DNA of 64,000 nucleotides from Clostridia bacterium (GTDB lineage Bacteria; Bacillota; Clostridia; Oscillospirales; CAG-272): NCBI GenBank assembly GCA_017408585.1, contig JAFQUJ010000010.1, positions 433 to 64,432 of the forward strand, read 5' to 3'. Shown piece by piece: positions 58,584 to 64,000 of this stretch (position 1 is its first letter; each line of letters starts with the position of its first letter). The notes under the pieces were generated by a model. It saw only the letters and a program-made list of their open reading frames with translations, ran no database searches and was not told where the DNA came from. The position numbers and the translations under genes were made by a program.

Positions 58584-59054
58584 ATGAAAAATACAACGCT
58601 TTGCTATATTGAGCGCGATAATAAATACCTAATGCTTTATCGCAACAAAAAGAAAAATGATGTAAACGAGGGCAAATATGTAGGTATAGGCGGTCACCTC
58701 GAGGAAAATGAAGACCCGTATGCTTGTATAATAAGAGAGGTTTTTGAGGAAACCTCGCTTAAAATCACCCATGTCGAATATAGAGGACTTATCACCTTTA
58801 TATCCGATAAATATGAAACGGAGCAAATGCACCTATTCTGGTGTGATAGCTTTGAGGGAGAAATAAGTGCCTGTAACGAGGGCGAGCTTGAGTGGGTAGA
58901 TAAATCCAAAATTGAAGAGCTTCCAATGTGGGAAGGCGATATTTATTTTCTGCGCTACCTAAACGAAAAAAGACCATTTTTCACAATGAAGCTCGTATAT
59001 GAGGGCAACACCCTTGTCGAGCTGTCTGTAAATGGTGAAAAGCAAAAATTATAA
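58584..59054 (+). CDS. NUDIX hydrolase (MutT-like)
   Basis: 156 aa from ATG 58584 (RBS AGGAGA). Nudix box GIGGHLEENEDPYACIIREVFEETSL. Confidence 0.8.
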   Translation: MKNTTLCYIERDNKYLMLYRNKKKNDVNEGKYVGIGGHLEENEDPYACIIREVFEETSLKITHVEYRGLITFISDKYETEQMHLFWCDSFEGEISACNEGELEWVDKSKIEELPMWEGDIYFLRYLNEKRPFFTMKLVYEGNTLVELSVNGEKQKL

Positions 59055-59058
59055 AATA

Positions 59059-59086
59059 ATAGCCTCTGATAAAAATCAGAGGCTAT
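59059..59086. terminator. Hairpin terminator between convergent genes
   Basis: ATAGCCTCTGAT / ATCAGAGGCTAT 12-bp perfect stem with an AAAA loop. Confidence 0.65.
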
Positions 59087-59106
59087 CTTAATTTAGAGCA
59101 ACGCTA

Positions 59107-59361
59107 TTAAAAATCCAAAGCACTTTTGTCAAATAAATCTTCAATTTTCACATTTAAAATATGTGCAATAGCATATAACTCAAGATCAGTTACTGTTCTT
59201 GAGCAATCTTCAATTCTCGACACAGAGCCACGGCAAACATAAACTCCGAGAAGCTCAAGCTTGTTTGAAAGGCTCTGCTGACTCATTTTAAGCTTTTTTC
59301 TGTATAAACGAATATTCTTCCCAACAAAATTCATTTTTTCGCCATCAATAATTCTTGCCAT
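59107..59361 (-). CDS. XRE-family HTH transcriptional regulator
   Basis: 84 aa. Motif KNIRLYRKKLKMSQQSLSNKLELLGVYVCRGSVSRIE. RBS GAAGGAG. Confidence 0.8.
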   Translation of the reverse strand: MARIIDGEKMNFVGKNIRLYRKKLKMSQQSLSNKLELLGVYVCRGSVSRIEDCSRTVTDLELYAIAHILNVKIEDLFDKSALDF

Positions 59362-59388
59362 AAAACAACTCCTTCAATAAAAAATGTC

Positions 59389-59417
59389 TTGACATAGGAC
59401 TTTTTTTATGATATACT
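59389..59417 (+). promoter_or_regulatory. Sigma-A-type promoter for the 478-aa membrane protein gene, bracketed by 12-mer repeats
   Basis: TTGACA (59389-59394), a 17-nt spacer, then TATACT (59412-59417). AAAAATGTCTTG at 59380 and AAAAATGTCCTG at 59429 flank it. Palindromes ATGTC-TT-GACAT and ACAGGA-N6-TCCTGT. Confidence 0.5.
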
Positions 59418-59474
59418 CATTTCACAGGAAAAATGTCCTGTTATAAGACAAAATAAAATTTTGGAGGAATAAAT

Positions 59475-60911
59475 ATGGAAATAGAAAACGAAAATGAAGT
59501 CCCTTTCGATAGAGAAGGATTTCTTGAAAGGGTAAAGGTTGTAACAAAATTCAAGCGTTTTTGTGCTTTTAGCAACATCATAATGGCGCTTGTGTTTTTT
59601 CTTATCTTGCTTTTACCACTTTCTACCGCCTGCGGAGTAAGCATAGGAACACCATTGTATGTGTTTATAAATGGCTTTATTGAAGAATCCGGAAAGACGC
59701 AATATTTGCCGTTTCACGCTTTGCTCGGACTTGTGCTGATTATACTCACTGTATTTACTCTCATAAAAGGAATAATGCAATTAACGCAGAGCGGTGTTAT
59801 AAATGAAGTGGATGTCAAAATTTACGAAAACACCTTCCTTCCGGTCCGTCAATCAAAAATGTGGATATCTCCGCTTGTACCATGCTCTGTGTTGGCAATA
59901 ATATATTATTTACTGCTTTTGAGAAAATATGAATTTGTAGAGTTAGGACTAATATTATTCGTTCTTATGTTTATAATTTGCAATATTGCAAGAATTATAT
60001 TAGTAAAGCGTCTTTTTAAGGAAAGCTTCGATAAATTAAAGGGACTTTCTGCGGAAATAGAGGAAAATCCCCAAAAAGCAGATGAAATTTCTGATGCTAT
60101 GACTAAAGAAATGAAAAGACATGAAAAAATTCAATGGATATCTCTCATTGTTTGTTTGGTGCTTTTAGTTATATCCATATCGCTTTCGGGATCCGGATTA
60201 AGCTTTTTAAAGCTAGAGGGCTTAGGAGAAACTATCCAATATGGCGCATTTTTCAACAACACCTATGCCACCGCAGACGGAATTGAGATGGGAGAAAAAT
60301 TCACTTATTATAACCTCAAGGAAACCATAAACCTCGATGATATAACCACAAAGAATTTCAAATGGTACAGTAACAACTATATGTATTATGCGGAGCTCAA
60401 AAAGGAACTTCAAGCACAAATAACGGAGCTGAATAATAAAATTCGCTATGAATCAAACAGTGAGGAAGAGTTTGAGGAGCTAAAGGAACAAAGGGAGACA
60501 CTTGCTAAAAAGCTTGAAAAATGTAGCAAAAAGATGTCAGAGCTAACCTATGATTGTATTGAGGTATATACGAAGAAAAAGGTTACCTACGGAGGTAGCT
60601 ATGGCTATGGCTCATATTGGGAAACTGTTGCCTTAGCACCCACCTATTATATGTTTAATAACAATGTAACAAGCGATACCGAAAATGACAAAAAGGAAGT
60701 AGAAGGCATTGAGCTTTCAACATCATCTATTAGGCAAGGACAGGAGCTTTTGGAAAAGATAACAGCTAAAATCACATATAAAGATGGAAGCATAAGAATT
60801 ATTTATGTGCCTGTAAGCGCCTTTGAAAATGCAATATCCCAAAAGGGAGAGCAGACTATAAGCTGGAGTGATACATACGGAGAATACTCGGCAACCATTG
60901 AGGTAAAATAA
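59475..60911 (+). CDS. Multi-pass membrane protein with a coiled-coil and a C-terminal globular region, unknown family
   Basis: 478 aa with RBS GGAGGA. About five TM helices in the first 240 aa, a Glu/Lys-rich coiled segment (ELKKELQAQITELNNK...EELKEQRETLAKKLEK), then a Tyr/Gly-rich region. Confidence 0.55.
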   Translation: MEIENENEVPFDREGFLERVKVVTKFKRFCAFSNIIMALVFFLILLLPLSTACGVSIGTPLYVFINGFIEESGKTQYLPFHALLGLVLIILTVFTLIKGIMQLTQSGVINEVDVKIYENTFLPVRQSKMWISPLVPCSVLAIIYYLLLLRKYEFVELGLILFVLMFIICNIARIILVKRLFKESFDKLKGLSAEIEENPQKADEISDAMTKEMKRHEKIQWISLIVCLVLLVISISLSGSGLSFLKLEGLGETIQYGAFFNNTYATADGIEMGEKFTYYNLKETINLDDITTKNFKWYSNNYMYYAELKKELQAQITELNNKIRYESNSEEEFEELKEQRETLAKKLEKCSKKMSELTYDCIEVYTKKKVTYGGSYGYGSYWETVALAPTYYMFNNNVTSDTENDKKEVEGIELSTSSIRQGQELLEKITAKITYKDGSIRIIYVPVSAFENAISQKGEQTISWSDTYGEYSATIEVK

Positions 60912-60919
60912 AATCCAAA

Positions 60920-60957
60920 AACGCAAGTCAAAATTGTATGACTTGCGTTTTAATTTT
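60920..60957 (+). terminator. Rho-independent terminator
   Basis: ACGCAAGTCA / TGACTTGCGT stem followed by TTTTAATTTT. Confidence 0.7.
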
Positions 60958-61017
60958 CCGTATTACCTATTGAAAATAAAATTAATGTATGATAAAATAT
61001 AAAAAGAGGTGATATGT

Positions 61018-61446
61018 GTGGAGAAAATACTTGTAAGCGCCTGCCTTTTGGGCATAGCTTGTCGATATGACGGAAAAATGAAGCCAAATGCCGATGTCAT
61101 TCGTCTTGGCGAAAAATATGAGCTAATTCCCGTGTGCGCTGAGGTATTAGGAGGACTCCCCACACCACGCCCACCGGCTGAAATCGTAAAAAATAGAGTT
61201 TTCAACTGTATGGGAATAGAAGTAACAGAGAACTATAAAAAAGGAGCTATGGCAGTTCTTGACATCGCTCGAAAAAACAGATGTAAAATTGCAGTTTTGA
61301 AATCAAACAGCCCATCCTGTGGCAATAAAATGGTCTATGATGGCACATTCACAGGCACTCTCGTTGAGGGCATGGGAGTCCTTTGTCGGCTTCTTGTTGA
61401 TAATGAAATTAAGGTCTTAAATGAAAAGGAAATAAACGAACTATGA
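61018..61446 (+). CDS. DUF523 protein (TudS-like thiouracil desulfidase family)
   Basis: About 142 aa from GTG 61018 (RBS AGAGGTGA). Motifs ILVSACLLGIACRYDG and SPSCG provide the family's Cys ligands. The alternative GTG at 61009 is too close to the RBS. Confidence 0.7.
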   Translation: MEKILVSACLLGIACRYDGKMKPNADVIRLGEKYELIPVCAEVLGGLPTPRPPAEIVKNRVFNCMGIEVTENYKKGAMAVLDIARKNRCKIAVLKSNSPSCGNKMVYDGTFTGTLVEGMGVLCRLLVDNEIKVLNEKEINEL

Positions 61447-62174
61447 AAATAATTGCAAGTGATTATGATGGAACAATAAACTACAATGGAGTCAGCAAAG
61501 AGGACAGAGATGCCATTGCAAAATTTAGAAAAGCAGGAAATAAATTTGGCGTAAATACAGGCAGAGATCTTGAAATGGCGCTCTGGATTTTGCATGACAT
61601 GAAGGGAGAGCTCGACTTTCTAATCTGTTGTACAGGCGCTATCATAGTTGATGGAAGCGGAAGTATAATTTACGAAAAAAGACAAAAAATAGACCACGCA
61701 AGACACATTGAAATTATAAACGAGGCAAGAAGGCTTGGATTTGGGAACTTTTCTGTCAGCGATAGGCTTACAAGAGTCTATATGGATAGAAATGATAAAA
61801 TCCCGTGCGCTCTTGATTTGCTAAGCGAATTTACTCAAACAAACCTTTGGTTTATGAAGGAGGAGTCGGGCATTGAGTTTCTAAAATACCTTGATGAAAA
61901 TCACGCCGACTATATGAAGGGCTTCCGCAATGGTGGCGCAATCGATATTCCCCCCCTCGGCTCATCAAAGCCAACAGGCCTTATCGAATACGCAAAAATG
62001 TTCGACAATGTGGACGAAATTTACACAGTAGGCGATAATTTAAACGATATTCCAATGCTCGAGGCATTTTGTAGCTTTGCTGTGTCCAATGCTCAGCCTG
62101 AGGTAAAGGAAATTGCTAAGCACCAATGCAACAGAATTGCCGATATGATAGAATTTATTTTGGAGGGAAAATAA
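61443..62174 (+). CDS. HAD-superfamily hydrolase, Cof-like (subfamily IIB)
   Basis: 243 aa. Motif I is ASDYDGTI and motif IV is VGDNLNDIPML. ATGA overlap with the upstream gene. Confidence 0.75.
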   Translation: MKIIASDYDGTINYNGVSKEDRDAIAKFRKAGNKFGVNTGRDLEMALWILHDMKGELDFLICCTGAIIVDGSGSIIYEKRQKIDHARHIEIINEARRLGFGNFSVSDRLTRVYMDRNDKIPCALDLLSEFTQTNLWFMKEESGIEFLKYLDENHADYMKGFRNGGAIDIPPLGSSKPTGLIEYAKMFDNVDEIYTVGDNLNDIPMLEAFCSFAVSNAQPEVKEIAKHQCNRIADMIEFILEGK

Positions 62175-62175
62175 A

Positions 62176-62769
62176 ATGACCGCAAGAGATCGCTTTATCG
62201 AAATTTACAAATCAAAAATTAAAAGAGATGGCGCAGATAAGCTCTTGGAATTTCTTATCTCGTCGGATTTTTTCACAGCACCTGCCAGCGCAAAATATCA
62301 TAGCGCATATGAGGGCGGACTTCTTGACCACTCACTTAATGTTTATGATTGCCTATGCGATTACCTAAATCGTGATGTTGCGAAATCAAAATATAAATTA
62401 AATTATAGCGAGGAAACAATCGCAATCGTGTCCTTGCTCCACGATCTGTGCAAGGTTAATGTTTACAAAATCAGTAAGCGTAATGTAAAAAACAAGGAAA
62501 CAGGTAAATGGGAAGAGGTTGATTTCTTTGAATTTGACGATAAGCTCCCATACGGACATGGCGAAAAAAGCGTGTATATGATTACACCATTTATGCGCTT
62601 GACAAGAGAAGAGGCTTTTGCAATTAGATACCATATGGGCTTTTCAAGTGCCTACACAACCCTTGAAACAAATAATGTAAGCAAGGCATTTGAAATGTTC
62701 CCGCTTGCATTCGCTCTGTCAACTGCCGATATGGAGGCTACATATTACCTCGAAAAAGAGGAAAAATAA
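62176..62769 (+). CDS. HD-domain phosphohydrolase
   Basis: 197 aa. Motifs KYHSAYEGGLLDHSLNV and LLHDLCK (H...HD). Starts 1 nt after the upstream stop. Confidence 0.7.
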   Translation: MTARDRFIEIYKSKIKRDGADKLLEFLISSDFFTAPASAKYHSAYEGGLLDHSLNVYDCLCDYLNRDVAKSKYKLNYSEETIAIVSLLHDLCKVNVYKISKRNVKNKETGKWEEVDFFEFDDKLPYGHGEKSVYMITPFMRLTREEAFAIRYHMGFSSAYTTLETNNVSKAFEMFPLAFALSTADMEATYYLEKEEK

Positions 62770-62787
62770 AAAAATCGAAAAAACCTA

Positions 62788-62816
62788 TTGACAAGATAAA
62801 AAATCAATGCTAAAAT
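62788..62816 (+). promoter_or_regulatory. Sigma-A-type promoter of the Trp T-box leader
   Basis: TTGACA (62788-62793), a 17-nt spacer, then TAAAAT (62811-62816). Confidence 0.5.
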
Positions 62817-62837
62817 GTTAGCATACCAAATAAAAAA

Positions 62838-63088
62838 CCGATGAGAAAGAGTAGTAATATAGCAATGCAAGGTCAAAGAGAGATGCAGATGGTGCGATTG
62901 CATTACCGAGTGGCTGTATGAATGGACTTTCGAGGGCAGGGCTGAACTAATAGTAGGTCTTGACGGAGGTGCACCGTTACAGGCATAGCATATTATAATG
63001 TATGTGTTAGAGCTGAAAGAGAAATCTTTAAAATTGGGTGGTACCGCGATTTATTCGTCCCAAGCATCTAAGGATGCTTGGGATTTTT
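62838..63088 (+). promoter_or_regulatory. T-box leader, tryptophan specifier (UGG)
   Basis: AGAGAG bulge plus distal loop GATGGTGCGA. The specifier GAA-TGG-A has TGG at 62923-62925. T-box motif AATTGGGTGGTACCGCG at 63032-63048. Terminator CCCAAGCATC / GATGCTTGGG plus TTTTT. Confidence 0.85.
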
Positions 63089-63201
63089 AGATTTTCTTGT
63101 CAGCGGAAAGGAACAAAAATGCTATATAGACGATGGCGAGTAAGCTTTTGATTACCACAATTCAAAATAACTAAAAACACAAATAAATGGAGGAAACAAA
63201 A

Positions 63202-64000
63202 ATGAATTTTAACGGAATTGACTTCGATACTTATTATAGTAACTATCCCGACAAAAACGGATATTTTGGCAGATATGGTGGAGTTTTTGTTGACGATAAG
63301 CTAAAAAAAGCTATGGCAGAAATCACCGAGGCGTATTACTCAATTTGCCAATCAAGAAAATTTATTGCAGAGCTTCGCAGAATTAGAAGAGAATTTCAAG
63401 GCAGACCTACCCCAATTACGCACCTTGAACGCCTATCCGACTACCTTGGTGGAAAGGTTCAGCTATACGCAAAGCGCGAGGACCTAAACCACTCCGGCGC
63501 ACACAAGCTCAATCACTGTATGGGCGAGGCGCTCTTGGCAAAGTACATGGGCAAAAAGAAGGTTATCGCCGAAACAGGCGCAGGTCAGCATGGAGTAGCT
63601 CTCGCTACTGCTGCCGCATATTTTGGACTTGAATGTGATATCTACATGGGCTCAGTTGATATCAAAAAGCAAGCACCTAATGTTGCGAGAATGAAAATTC
63701 TTGGCGCAAATGTTATTGAGGTAACACACGGACTTCAAACCTTGAAGGAAGCAGTTGATGCAGCCTTTGACGCATATAGCAGAGAATATAATGACGCAAT
63801 CTATTGCATAGGAAGCGTTCTTGGCCCACACCCATTTCCAATGATGGTAAGAGATTTCCAAAGCGTTGTGGGAATTGAGGCAAGAGAGCAATTTCTCGAA
63901 ATGACAGGTAACCTTCCAACATCAATTGTCGCTTGTGTTGGTGGTGGCTCTAATGCCGCAGGACTTTTCGCAGGCTTCCTAAATGACCCTGTTGAAATTT
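63202..64000 (+). CDS. trpB: Tryptophan synthase beta chain (runs off the window end)
   Basis: ATG 63202 after GGAGGAAACAAAA. Motifs [28 protein letters not shown] (PLP Lys), ETGAGQHG and GGGSNA. Absent from the ORF track because no stop lies in the window. Confidence 0.88.
   Translation, partial: MNFNGIDFDTYYSNYPDKNGYFGRYGGVFVDDKLKKAMAEITEAYYSICQSRKFIAELRRIRREFQGRPTPITHLERLSDYLGGKVQLYAKREDLNHSGAHKLNHCMGEALLAKYMGKKKVIAETGAGQHGVALATAAAYFGLECDIYMGSVDIKKQAPNVARMKILGANVIEVTHGLQTLKEAVDAAFDAYSREYNDAIYCIGSVLGPHPFPMMVRDFQSVVGIEAREQFLEMTGNLPTSIVACVGGGSNAAGLFAGFLNDPVEI

Noticed and set aside
63129-63161. A 10-codon ORF MLYRRWRVSF between the Trp T-box terminator and trpB, considered as a possible Trp leader peptide.
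   Set aside because: It has only one Trp codon, a weak RBS-like sequence, and no alternative hairpins that would couple its translation to termination. The T-box already explains the regulation.

Overview
This 64-kb window reads as core chromosome from a low-GC Gram-positive, Clostridia-like bacterium, with strong Shine-Dalgarno sites, T-box leaders and a Firmicute-type tRNA-Glu. All calls come from reading the sequence and remembered motifs; no database search was run.

**Gene content, left to right**
- An alpha-galactoside/glycan block: a GH4 MelA-like gene, a GH36 alpha-galactosidase, a 51-nt relic of a second GH4 gene, two large uncharacterised GH-like proteins and an amidohydrolase.
- A leaderless DUF11 repeat protein.
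- A glycine-riboswitch-controlled AgcS symporter.
- ilvE, then a T-box(Leu, CUC)-controlled ilv-leu supraoperon: leuA-ilvBNCD-[repeat insert]-leuCDB-DUF815-ilvA-ridA.
- A complete his operon headed by a YerC/TrpR-like gene: hisZGDCBHAF-IE-K.
- A four-gene acyltransferase/GT8 operon.
- A membrane-anchored XRE regulator.
- tRNA-Met and tRNA-Glu.
- Further GH43 and cell-envelope genes, an ABC-F ATPase, an RNA ligase, an orphan PD-(D/E)XK nuclease and a thioredoxin module.
- A DUF523-HAD-HD operon and a T-box(Trp)-controlled trpB that runs off the right edge.

**Most unusual locus (about 42.6-44.8 kb)**
- The 3' end of tRNA-Glu is duplicated inside two about 152-nt direct repeats.
- A third copy of the repeat's terminator hairpin lies 1.7 kb further on.
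- Between them is an AT-rich, integrase-less islet with a consensus promoter.
- The islet carries a translationally coupled pair: a small HTH protein and a 338-aa helical protein with a 70-aa Gly/Ala-rich hydrophobic core that I cannot assign to any named family.

No rRNA genes, CRISPR arrays or intact transposases were seen.
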